Assembly (NCBI GenBank): GCA_046291875.1
Contig: JBKBSF010000014.1
Span: 4,569 to 68,568 of the forward strand
Length of the DNA stretch: 64,000 nucleotides
Reading direction: 5' to 3'
DNA from: Bacteroidales bacterium
GTDB taxonomy: Bacteria; Bacteroidota; Bacteroidia; Bacteroidales; UBA7960
Positions 1 through 8,035 of this stretch are shown one piece after another. Numbering within the stretch: position 1 is the first letter of the stretch; the number at the start of each line of letters is the position of its first letter. Made by a program: the position numbers and the translations under genes. Below the pieces are notes generated by a model. That model saw nothing but the letters and a program-made list of their open reading frames with translations. It did no database searches and was not told where the DNA came from.

Positions 1-745
1 TGGCATATCCGTACCCTTTGTATCCGCCGGTTTCTTCGCCCACGCCCCCCAGAGGGGTAAAGGCCGCACGGCCGGCAATGAGGTCTTCCAGCACCTCTGC
101 GGAGTTGGTTTTGCTTTCACCGTTTTCGTCGATCACCCACCCTTTGGGCATCTCTTTCCCCTGGCGGGCATATACCTCTACCTTGCCGCGCTGGGTAATG
201 GAGGTGGCGCAGTCGAGCAGGAACGGGAACGGCTCATCGCTGGGCATGCCAAAGGTGAGGGGGTTGGTACCCAGCATGTTCTCCACCCCAAAGGTGGGTG
301 CTATGGAGGGGCGTGCATTGGTACCGGTAATACCGATCATGTTCTCCTTTACGGCCATCAGCGGGTAGTAACCGGCAAAACCGTAATGGGTGGAGTTGCG
401 CACGGCCACCATACCCATACCGTATTTCTTCGCCTTCTCAATGGCAAGCTCCATGGCCTTGTACGAGATCACATGCCCCATGCCGTTATGGCCGTCCACC
501 ACGGCGGTGGTAGGGGTTTCCTTTACAATTTCAAAATGGGTTTCGGGGTTCAGAATGCCATCCTTGATGCGGTCGAGGTAGATGGGCTTCAAGCGGTTTA
601 CCCCGTGGGAGTCGAAGCCCAGCTTATCGGCCTGCACCAGCACATCGGCTACGATCTTGCCATCGGCACGCGGGATACCCGCCTTCTCCATCACATCAAT
701 CATAAAATTCTCAATCACTTCGAAGGGAATGAATTTTTCTTCCAT
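1..745 (-). CDS. Ldh_2 family (malate/L-lactate/ureidoglycolate-type) NAD(P)-dependent dehydrogenase; 3' end runs off the window start
   Basis: Minus-strand translation from the ATG at 745 reads MEEKFIPFEVIENFMIDVMEKAGIPRADGKIVADVLVQADKLGFDSHGVNRL...MVAVRNSTHYGFAGYYPLMAVKENMIGITGTNARPS..., which is typical of the Ldh_2 family. It has no in-window stop, so it is absent from the ORF track. Confidence 0.7.
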   Translation of the reverse strand, partial: MEEKFIPFEVIENFMIDVMEKAGIPRADGKIVADVLVQADKLGFDSHGVNRLKPIYLDRIKDGILNPETHFEIVKETPTTAVVDGHNGMGHVISYKAMELAIEKAKKYGMGMVAVRNSTHYGFAGYYPLMAVKENMIGITGTNARPSIAPTFGVENMLGTNPLTFGMPSDEPFPFLLDCATSITQRGKVEVYARQGKEMPKGWVIDENGESKTNSAEVLEDLIAGRAAFTPLGGVGEETGGYKGYGYA

Positions 746-1143
746 AATCTGTTGTCTTTAGTTTGGGTTTGTAATGGGTTTGATTTTTTTTCTGATCAAA
801 ATTAACCATAAATTCCGGTTGGTTGCAGCCGTGGTACAACACAATGCACACCAGGGGAAACAAAAGAAAATATGCTTATCCGCAATCTTGCCAGTAATTA
901 CCTTGCTGTCAGTTTTCCCAATCGTAATAGATTTCGTTTGAGAAGTTTTTCTTTCTTCAACTTTTTCCTTGATGAAAAAGTTGCAAAAAATCAAGGCTTC
1001 GCAGCTTTTTCGACAAAACTGCGGTCTCTTCGCTGAAAGATTTAAGGCCCCGCAATAAATCAAATACCCTGGACCAAATTTTAATGCAGTGCGGGTCTGC
1101 AAATCTTTTTAACCGCTTCGTTCATTGTTTTGTTACCGAAAAA

Positions 1144-1250
1144 TCTGCAAGGCCGTTTGAATATAATGCCAACCAAGCAAGACATACCAGGCAAAACATT
1201 TTACATAAATGCAAAAGCCTTAGTGACAAGAAAGCGGATAATCATTAAAC
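1144..1250 (+). repeat. Left arm of a ~100-bp imperfect inverted repeat (partner on the opposite strand at 2431-2531)
   Basis: The 57-nt core ctgcaaggccgtttgaatataatgccaaccaagcaagacataccaggcaaaacattt matches the reverse complement of 2475-2531 at about 50/57 positions. A second conserved block, tagtgacaagaaagcggata, matches tagtggcaagaatgcggata on the other arm. Confidence 0.75.
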
Positions 1251-1332
1251 AAAATTTTCCTTGTGCGGGGCTACCGGGATGCTTAAAATTTAGTAGATTT
1301 GCATTTGAACGACCAAAAACACACTTCAGGCT

Positions 1333-1893
1333 TTGGCTTCGTGCTTTTGGTTGTGTTTTTTTCAAAAGATCGATATACAACAGGGAAATGCATTTTTTGC
1401 CCATATTGTTCAACCCATTATGGAATTTACACACAACTTTCTTACTCCCCGCCGCAAATCGCCCATGCTGATAGTGATGGGTGCCATCCTGGTAGCTACT
1501 ACCCTTTACATTCAAATTTTTGAGTCGTTCCTCGACAGCATCGGTTTGGCCGTTACCAACCTTGCCATTGGCTTCAACCTGCTGGCCCGGGGCATAGGCC
1601 ATCCCCTGGAGGCATTGGCAGGGCGGCAGTATATCGCGGTAAACAGCCAATCTATTGAGCTGAAGCCCAAATTGCTGAAAAAGGCCAACCGGTTCCTATG
1701 GTCCGACATAGCGCAGCTGGAGCTGTGGCCCGGCCTTGTTGTGGTATCTACCCAACAGGGAAAAACCTTCAAGAAGCAGATCAGGGATCTGGATCCTGAA
1801 GTGCGCCACGAGTTTCTTATGACCCTTATACACCAGGCAGAAGACAAACAGATCCCGTGCCTGCGGCATGGCTATCTCACCAAGATGCGTTGA
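1333..1893 (+). CDS. Hypothetical membrane protein (one predicted TM segment, MLIVMGAILVATTLYIQIF); start uncertain (1333, or internal ATGs near 1420 or 1468)
   Basis: ORF-track 186-aa ORF lying between the two inverted-repeat arms; I see no recognisable family motif. Confidence 0.45.
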   Translation: MASCFWLCFFQKIDIQQGNAFFAHIVQPIMEFTHNFLTPRRKSPMLIVMGAILVATTLYIQIFESFLDSIGLAVTNLAIGFNLLARGIGHPLEALAGRQYIAVNSQSIELKPKLLKKANRFLWSDIAQLELWPGLVVVSTQQGKTFKKQIRDLDPEVRHEFLMTLIHQAEDKQIPCLRHGYLTKMR

Positions 1894-2015
1894 ACCCTTC
1901 ACGGTTTCAGATGTTAGTCTTGTGCCGGTGTTACAGTTGTATACAGGCAGAGGATCGGGCCGCAGGGCCGTAGTCCGCTGTCCGGCATTATTTACTCATC
2001 TTAAAAACCTGAACC

Positions 2016-2162
2016 ATGGCTAAGACAAAAGAACTTCTGGGACTTATAGTAGGATTTGCAGCCGGTACCTTTCTGGGTGCCCTTTTTGTAGCTGCCGACC
2101 GCTCCGACAAAAAGAAAAAGAAAAAAGAAGAACAGCCCGAAAAAGTCATTACGGTGAAATAA
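2016..2162 (+). CDS. Small (48 aa) single-TM protein with a Lys-rich tail (MAKTKELLGLIVGFAAGTFLGALFVAADRSDKKKKKKEEQPEKVITVK); below the ORF-track size cutoff
   Basis: ATG...TAA ORF read directly from the sequence; hydrophobic core followed by a K6 tract; it lies inside the IR-bounded segment. Confidence 0.35.
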   Translation: MAKTKELLGLIVGFAAGTFLGALFVAADRSDKKKKKKEEQPEKVITVK

Positions 2163-2430
2163 CCCCCGTGATCCTCCTTATTGCTTTTAGGATGATGCGC
2201 CCTCCTGCCGGTTACCCAACCCAATCCCTGTCTGGCAGTGGGATAACAGGGTATCGCTGCTTTTGCGGTGAACCGTCATGATGCTGTACAGGGAAGCCAG
2301 GATATGCCTGTGTGCTACTATCTGCATTTCCCGTTGACCCTCCCCGCCTTGCGGGCACCCCTCCCTGGGAGGGAGGGAAAGGGTGCAACCTTAAAGGATG
2401 GTAGTTGATTGCGGAACGGAAGAAAAACTT

Positions 2431-2531
2431 AATATAAATATCCGCATTCTTGCCACTATGGCAATTCCTTAGGAAAAATGTTTTGCCAGGTATGTCTCGC
2501 ATGGTTAGCTTTATATTCACTCGGCCTTGCA
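2431..2531 (-). repeat. Right arm of the ~100-bp imperfect inverted repeat (partner at 1144-1250)
   Basis: The reverse complement reads ctgcaaggccgagtgaatataaagctaaccatgcgagacatacctggcaaaacattt...tagtggcaagaatgcggata, i.e. about 80-88% identical to the left arm. Confidence 0.75.
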
Positions 2532-2751
2532 GAACCGAGGCCCTTTTCGGGGCCGAGCTCAATGTGACAAATAAAATAAAATAGATACACATTAAAAAAT
2601 TGACTTAAAGGCAATTACTGGCAGGATTGCAGGTAATGATTATACATAATTAAGGATCAATGCAAGTCTGGTTGAAACCCCAAAACGCCCTGAAAGGGCA
2701 GATTATAACAACACCATCCATCCCAAACCTAACCTAATTCCCCATTGCACC

Positions 2752-3564
2752 ATGCACAAAGAAGAAAAAGGCAACGTAGTATTATTTCAGTTCGAAACAC
2801 TGTTGCAACATAAGGATGTGCTGCACTTTGTATCGGGCAGGCACGGGGGGTACAGCAAGGGACCTTTCCAGAGCCTCAATATGGGCTTCCATGTGGGCGA
2901 CAGCGACTGGAATGTGTTGCAGAACCGCAAAAAGCTCGCAGCAGCCATGGGCCTGGAGCTCGACCAGCTCACCTTTGCCAACCAGACCCACAGCAGCAAC
3001 GTGGCCATGGTGGATGCCTCACACAAAGGGGCGGGCAGCCACGATTTACAAACCGCCTTTGCCAATACCGACGGACTGGTAACCAATGTGCCGGGCATCT
3101 GCCTGTGTGTGCAGGTGGCCGATTGCGTGCCTGTGTTGCTCTACGACCCGCACCAACGGGTGGTGGCCGCACTGCATGCAGGCTGGCGGGGCACCCTGAA
3201 AAACATTGCCAAAGCCGGTATCAAGGCCATGATGTACAACTACGGCTGCAACCCCGCGCATATACTGGCAGCCATTGGCCCTTCCAACGGGCCCTGCTGC
3301 TACCAGGTGGGTGAGGATGTAAAACAGGAAGCCCTCAGAAGCTTCGGCGATATTCGCCAAATCATCTCCCCTGCCCCGCAGGAAGGAAAATATATCTTCA
3401 ACCAGTGGAGGGCCAATTTTCTTCAACTGGTCGATTTTGGGGTGAAGGAAGAGCATATTGAAACCACCTCCCTTTGCAGCCACTGCCATCCGCAACACTT
3501 CTTCTCTTCGCGATTCGACAAGGGCCATACCGGCCGCTACAGTGCCGGAATCATGCTCCGATGA
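2752..3564 (+). CDS. pgeF: YfiH/PgeF family purine-nucleoside phosphorylase / multicopper polyphenol oxidoreductase (DUF152)
   Basis: Contains ADCVPVLLYDP...AALHAGWRGT and a C-terminal SLCSHCHPQHFFSSR, which are hallmarks of the YfiH family. Confidence 0.85.
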   Translation: MHKEEKGNVVLFQFETLLQHKDVLHFVSGRHGGYSKGPFQSLNMGFHVGDSDWNVLQNRKKLAAAMGLELDQLTFANQTHSSNVAMVDASHKGAGSHDLQTAFANTDGLVTNVPGICLCVQVADCVPVLLYDPHQRVVAALHAGWRGTLKNIAKAGIKAMMYNYGCNPAHILAAIGPSNGPCCYQVGEDVKQEALRSFGDIRQIISPAPQEGKYIFNQWRANFLQLVDFGVKEEHIETTSLCSHCHPQHFFSSRFDKGHTGRYSAGIMLR

Positions 3565-3662
3565 TCCTTCCCGGGCCCCTGCTTTCGCGGTGCAACGGCA
3601 AAACAACATTTTGTTCAAATATTATTGGCTTATGTGCGTGGAATTATCTATTTTAGGCCGCC

Positions 3663-3680
3663 TTTTCAGGCACCTGAAAA
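3663..3680. promoter_or_regulatory. Inverted repeat with 8-bp arms and a 2-bp spacer (TTTTCAGG ca CCTGAAAA), about 30 bp upstream of the OPT transporter start
   Basis: Seen directly in the sequence; its position fits an operator or promoter-overlapping site. Confidence 0.3.
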
Positions 3681-3710
3681 TATCACCATTCAAAACTTAA
3701 GTCAAAACAT

Positions 3711-5672
3711 ATGGAAGAAAACAAACAAAACATCACGGGCTTGCCCGAGAATGCCTATTCGGAACTTAAACCCGGCGAAGAGTACATTCCGGTAATGGCT
3801 CCCGACAAGATTTACCCCGAGGTAAATTTCCGCTCGGTATCATTGGGTTTGCTTATGGCAGTGATCTTTTCGGCGGCTGCCGCTTACCTGGGATTGAAGA
3901 TCGGGCAGGTTTTTGAAGCCGCCATCCCCATTGCCATCATCGCAGTGGGTTTGTCAACCCTTGCCAAGAGAAAAAATGCACTGGGCGAAAACGTGATCAT
4001 CCAGTCCATCGGTGCCAGTTCGGGAGTAATTGTGGCCGGAGCCATCTTTACCCTGCCCGCACTGTACATCCTTGACCTGGAGGCCCATTTCTACCAGGTA
4101 TTCTTCTCCTCATTGCTGGGGGGCTTCCTGGGCATCCTTTTCATCATCCCCTTCCGCAAGTATTTTGTGGCCGAGATGCATGGCAAGTACCCCTTCCCCG
4201 AAGCTACCGCCACCACAGAGGTGCTGGTATCGGGCGAGAAAGGCGGCGATCAGGCCAAAGTGCTGCTCTTTAGCGGTCTGATTGGCGGGTTGTACGATTT
4301 TATCATCGCCACCTTCGGCTGGTGGGCAGAGGAATTCTCCACCCGTGTACTCCCCTATGGTGAGGCACTGGCCGACAAAGCCAAGCTGGTTTTCAAGCTC
4401 AACGTAGGAGCCGCCATTGTGGGGCTGGGCTATATCATCGGATTGAAATATGCGGTGATCATCTGCGCCGGATCCTTTGTGGGCTGGTTTGTGATCATCC
4501 CCATGATTGCCCATGCTGCCGAGATGTTCGGAGGTATAGAGGCCATTACCGGGGCAAGTCCTGAAACCATCTTTGCACAGTATGTGCGTATGATCGGTAT
4601 CGGAGGTATTGCCATGGCCGGTGTGATCGGTATCATCCGCTCTTCCAAGGTAATCCGTACGGCCATCAGCCTGGCGGTGAAAGAGACCTTCAGCAAGCAT
4701 GCCAACAGCGATAACAACCTTCGTACCCGTCGCGATCTGCCCATGAGCATCATCCTGGGAGGTATATTGGTTACCGGCCTGTTGATCTTTATCTTCTTCC
4801 AGTTCGGCGTAGTGCACAACCTGGGCCATGCGTTGCTGGCGCTGGTTATCGTAATGATCATCTCCTTCCTGTTTACCACCGTGGCAGCCAATGCCATTGC
4901 CATTGTAGGTACCAACCCGGTATCGGGTATGACCCTGATGACCCTTATCATCACTTCGCTGGTGATGGCGGCAGCCGGATTGAGCGGCACCTCAGGTATG
5001 GTGGCAGCCCTTATCATCGGGGGTGTGGTATGTACTGCCCTGGCCATGGCCGGCGGCTTCATCACCGACCTTAAGATCGGGTACTGGCTCGGATCATCGC
5101 CCTACAAACAGCAGGGATGGAAGTTCCTGGGTACTGTGGTTTCTGCAGCTACCGTTGGGGGTGTTATCATCATCCTGAACCAGACTTACGGTTTCAAAGG
5201 CGAAGGAGCACTGGTAGCTCCCCAGGCCAATGCCATGGCTGCCGTAATTGAACCCATGATGACCGGCGGTTCGGCCCCCTGGTTGCTCTATGCTGCCGGC
5301 GCTGCCCTCTCGCTCATCCTTACCATGTTGGGTATTCCTGCCCTGGCTTTTGCACTGGGTATGTTTATCCCCATTGGCCTCAACACTCCTCTGCTGGTGG
5401 GCGGTATCATCTCTTACTATGTAACCAGCCGCAGCCAGGATCAGAAACTCAACAATGCACGCAAAGAACGCGGAACTCTTATTGCCAGCGGGTTTATTGC
5501 CGGGGGTGCCCTCATGGGCGTAATCAGTGCTATCCTTAAATTTGGCGGACTGGATGTGGAAGCCCACAACTGGGTGGCATCCAACGGTGCCCAGTACCTG
5601 GGATTGGTAATGTTTACTCTGCTCTGTGTGTACCTCTACAGAAATGCGCTGAAAGCCAAAAAAGAAGATTAA
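3711..5672 (+). CDS. OPT-family oligopeptide transporter (multi-pass membrane protein)
   Basis: 653-aa polytopic membrane protein whose N-terminal region (LKPGEEYIPVMAPDKIYPEVNFRSVSLGLLMAVIFSAAAAYLGLKIGQ) and size match the bacterial OPT family; peptidase T follows immediately. Confidence 0.7.
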   Translation: MEENKQNITGLPENAYSELKPGEEYIPVMAPDKIYPEVNFRSVSLGLLMAVIFSAAAAYLGLKIGQVFEAAIPIAIIAVGLSTLAKRKNALGENVIIQSIGASSGVIVAGAIFTLPALYILDLEAHFYQVFFSSLLGGFLGILFIIPFRKYFVAEMHGKYPFPEATATTEVLVSGEKGGDQAKVLLFSGLIGGLYDFIIATFGWWAEEFSTRVLPYGEALADKAKLVFKLNVGAAIVGLGYIIGLKYAVIICAGSFVGWFVIIPMIAHAAEMFGGIEAITGASPETIFAQYVRMIGIGGIAMAGVIGIIRSSKVIRTAISLAVKETFSKHANSDNNLRTRRDLPMSIILGGILVTGLLIFIFFQFGVVHNLGHALLALVIVMIISFLFTTVAANAIAIVGTNPVSGMTLMTLIITSLVMAAAGLSGTSGMVAALIIGGVVCTALAMAGGFITDLKIGYWLGSSPYKQQGWKFLGTVVSAATVGGVIIILNQTYGFKGEGALVAPQANAMAAVIEPMMTGGSAPWLLYAAGAALSLILTMLGIPALAFALGMFIPIGLNTPLLVGGIISYYVTSRSQDQKLNNARKERGTLIASGFIAGGALMGVISAILKFGGLDVEAHNWVASNGAQYLGLVMFTLLCVYLYRNALKAKKED

Positions 5673-5691
5673 CGGTTAAACAAACACAGTT

Positions 5692-6921
5692 ATGAAGCAA
5701 ACACTTTTAGAAAAATTCTACAAATACATCAGTATCGACACACAGGCCGATCCTGCTTCGCAAACTTTTCCCAGCACCAGCAAACAGATGAACCTGTCGA
5801 AGGTACTGGTGGAAGAGCTGCAGCAGATGGGCATTGCCGATGCTCATATGGATGATAAGGGATACGTAATGGCTACCCTTCCTTCCAACATCGACAAGGA
5901 TGTGCCGGTGATCGGCTTCCTGGCCCATGTGGATACAGCCCCCGATATGTCGGGAAAGGATATCAAACCCCAGATCGTGGAAGACTACGATGGAGAAGAT
6001 ATCCTGCTCAACACCCAAAAGGATATGTACCTGCGCGTGTCGGATTTTCCCGAATTGAAAAAATACATCGGACAAACCCTCATCACCACTGACGGAACCA
6101 CGCTGCTGGGAGCCGACGACAAAGCAGGTATTGCGGAAATCATGACCGCCATCGAGTACCTTACCCAGAACCCGCACATCAAGCATGGCACCATCAAGAT
6201 TGGTTTCACCCCCGACGAAGAGATCGGCAAAGGGGTAGATCATTTTGATGTGGATAAGTTTGGTGCACACTATGCCTACACCCTGGATGGTGGCGAAGTG
6301 GGTGAGCTGGAGTTCGAAAACTTCAATGCAGCCTATGCCAAGGTAATGGTGCAGGGAAGAAACGTACACCCCGGCATGGCCAAGCACAAGATGATCAACT
6401 CCATGATCGTGGGAAGTGAGTTCAACGATATGCTCCCGGTTTTCGACCGCCCGGAGTTTACCGAGCACTACGAAGGGTTCTTCCACCTTATTAAATTCGA
6501 TGGCACCGTGGAGGAGTCTACCCTGCAGTACATCATCCGCGATCACGACCGCACCCTTTTCGAAAAGCGCAAGCAGATGATCTACGATGTGGCCGATTTC
6601 ATCAACAAAAAGCATGGCGAAGGCACCATCAGGATCGAGATGAAAGACCAGTACTACAACATGCGCGAGAAGGTGGAACCGGTGTATCATATTGTGGAAA
6701 TTGCAGAGAAAGCCATGATTGAACTGGGCATCAAACCCCATATCAAACCCATCCGCGGTGGTACCGACGGATCGAGGCTTTCTTACATGGGACTGCCCTG
6801 CCCCAACATCTTTGCCGGCGGGCACAACTTCCATGGCAAGTACGAATTCATCCCCCTGGAAAGCATGGAAAAAGCTACCCAGGTGATACTGAAAATCATC
6901 GAATTGTACGCTAAGCAATAG
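5692..6921 (+). CDS. pepT: Peptidase T (tripeptide aminopeptidase, M20B family)
   Basis: 409 aa with GFLAHVDTAPD, LGADDKAGIAEIM, GFTPDEEIG and C-terminal IRGGTDGS motifs typical of PepT. Confidence 0.9.
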   Translation: MKQTLLEKFYKYISIDTQADPASQTFPSTSKQMNLSKVLVEELQQMGIADAHMDDKGYVMATLPSNIDKDVPVIGFLAHVDTAPDMSGKDIKPQIVEDYDGEDILLNTQKDMYLRVSDFPELKKYIGQTLITTDGTTLLGADDKAGIAEIMTAIEYLTQNPHIKHGTIKIGFTPDEEIGKGVDHFDVDKFGAHYAYTLDGGEVGELEFENFNAAYAKVMVQGRNVHPGMAKHKMINSMIVGSEFNDMLPVFDRPEFTEHYEGFFHLIKFDGTVEESTLQYIIRDHDRTLFEKRKQMIYDVADFINKKHGEGTIRIEMKDQYYNMREKVEPVYHIVEIAEKAMIELGIKPHIKPIRGGTDGSRLSYMGLPCPNIFAGGHNFHGKYEFIPLESMEKATQVILKIIELYAKQ

Positions 6922-6941
6922 GTTGTTTCGGCAATCTGTTA

Positions 6942-6981
6942 GAAGAGGTTTTCTGCCCGGCAGAAAGCCTCTTCTTTTTTT
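6942..6981 (+). terminator. Rho-independent terminator downstream of pepT
   Basis: gaagaggttttctgcc-cg-ggcagaaagcctcttc followed by a T7 run. Confidence 0.8.
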
Positions 6982-7108
6982 GGGGGATCCGGGGGTTGCA
7001 CTGTATTGCCGGGTGAGATGCAAAAAAACCAAAAGCCGTATAGCCCCTACCGCAGGCAAGCAGATAAATTCTAACTTTGCGCGTCATAAAAAAAAACTAT
7101 CTGAATCC

Positions 7109-8002
7109 ATGGAATTACGTATCGGAGAACTGGCTGCCCTGGGCACTGCATTTTGCTGGACCATCACTGCATTGGCCTTTGAAACCGCCAGCCGCAAGGT
7201 GGGCAGTGTGGCAGTAAATATCATCCGCCTGGTAATGGCGCTGGTGCTGCTGAGTATCTTTTCGTGGTTCACCAGGGGGCTGTTTTTCCCCACCGATGCC
7301 AGCTCCTACACCTGGTTCTGGCTGATCCTGTCGGGACTGGTGGGTTTCGTAATCGGCGACCTGTTTCTTTTTGAGGCCTTTACCCTGATCGGCTCGCGCC
7401 TCTCCATGCTCATCATGACCCTGGTGCCGCCCATCACAGCCATTACAGGCTGGATGCTCCTGAGTGAGCAGATGACCTGGTTCAACATACTGGGCATGAC
7501 CCTTACCATCTCCGGTATTGCACTGGTAATCTTCCAGCGCCAGACCAAAGGAGGGCAAAAGGTGAGCTACCCGGTCAAGGGATTGTTCTTTGCATTTCTG
7601 GGTGCTGCCGGACAAGCCATCGGCTACGTTTTGAGCAAGTTTGGCATGGGCGACTTCAATCCCTTTGCCGCTACACAGATCAGGGTGATTGCAGGGATTA
7701 TCGGCTTTGCCATCCTGGTAAGCTTTTTCAAAAGATGGAAGGCCGTATATGCCGCATTGCCACAGCGCAAACCCATGATGCTGATGCTGCTGGGTGCCAC
7801 CTTTGGCCCCTTTATAGGCGTATCGCTCTCGCTGCTGGCCGCCCAGCATACCTCCACCGGTATTGCCTCTACCATCATGGCCATCACACCCATTCTGCTT
7901 ATCCCCACTACCTTTTTCTTCTTCAAACAATCGGTAAGCTGGAAAGAAATTGCCGGAGCCATAATAAGCGTTGTGGGTGTATCGTTATTTTTTATTCTGT
8001 AA
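7109..8002 (+). CDS. EamA/DMT-family transporter (10-TM permease)
   Basis: Two EamA-like halves (…ALAFETASRKVGSVAVNIIRLVMALVLL… and …FLGAAGQAIGYVLSKFG…). The true start is the internal ATG 7109 (MELRIGE), downstream of the pepT terminator; the ORF-track start at 6923 would read through that terminator. Confidence 0.8.
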   Translation: MELRIGELAALGTAFCWTITALAFETASRKVGSVAVNIIRLVMALVLLSIFSWFTRGLFFPTDASSYTWFWLILSGLVGFVIGDLFLFEAFTLIGSRLSMLIMTLVPPITAITGWMLLSEQMTWFNILGMTLTISGIALVIFQRQTKGGQKVSYPVKGLFFAFLGAAGQAIGYVLSKFGMGDFNPFAATQIRVIAGIIGFAILVSFFKRWKAVYAALPQRKPMMLMLLGATFGPFIGVSLSLLAAQHTSTGIASTIMAITPILLIPTTFFFFKQSVSWKEIAGAIISVVGVSLFFIL

Positions 8003-8035
8003 TTACCCTCTGGGAAAACTCCAATACGTAAAGTC

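Noticed and set aside
758-1650. Overlapping ORFs 758-1102(-), 1130-1471(+), 1201-1650(-), 1299-1523(+) in the first intergenic region
   Set aside because: They overlap one another and the inverted-repeat arm, have skewed low-complexity composition (K/F/C-rich), and give no family hints. The region is better read as non-coding with a repeat element.
5707-7059. 450-aa minus-strand ORF overlapping pepT
   Set aside because: It is antisense to a confidently assigned PepT gene, has no recognisable motifs, and starts inside the pepT terminator/EamA promoter region; it is a typical GC-driven antisense ORF.
6923-7108. ORF-track start of the EamA transporter at 6923
   Set aside because: The extension (MFRQSVRRGFLPGRKPLL…) is translated straight through the pepT rho-independent terminator hairpin and T-run; the conserved EamA domain begins at the internal ATG 7109.
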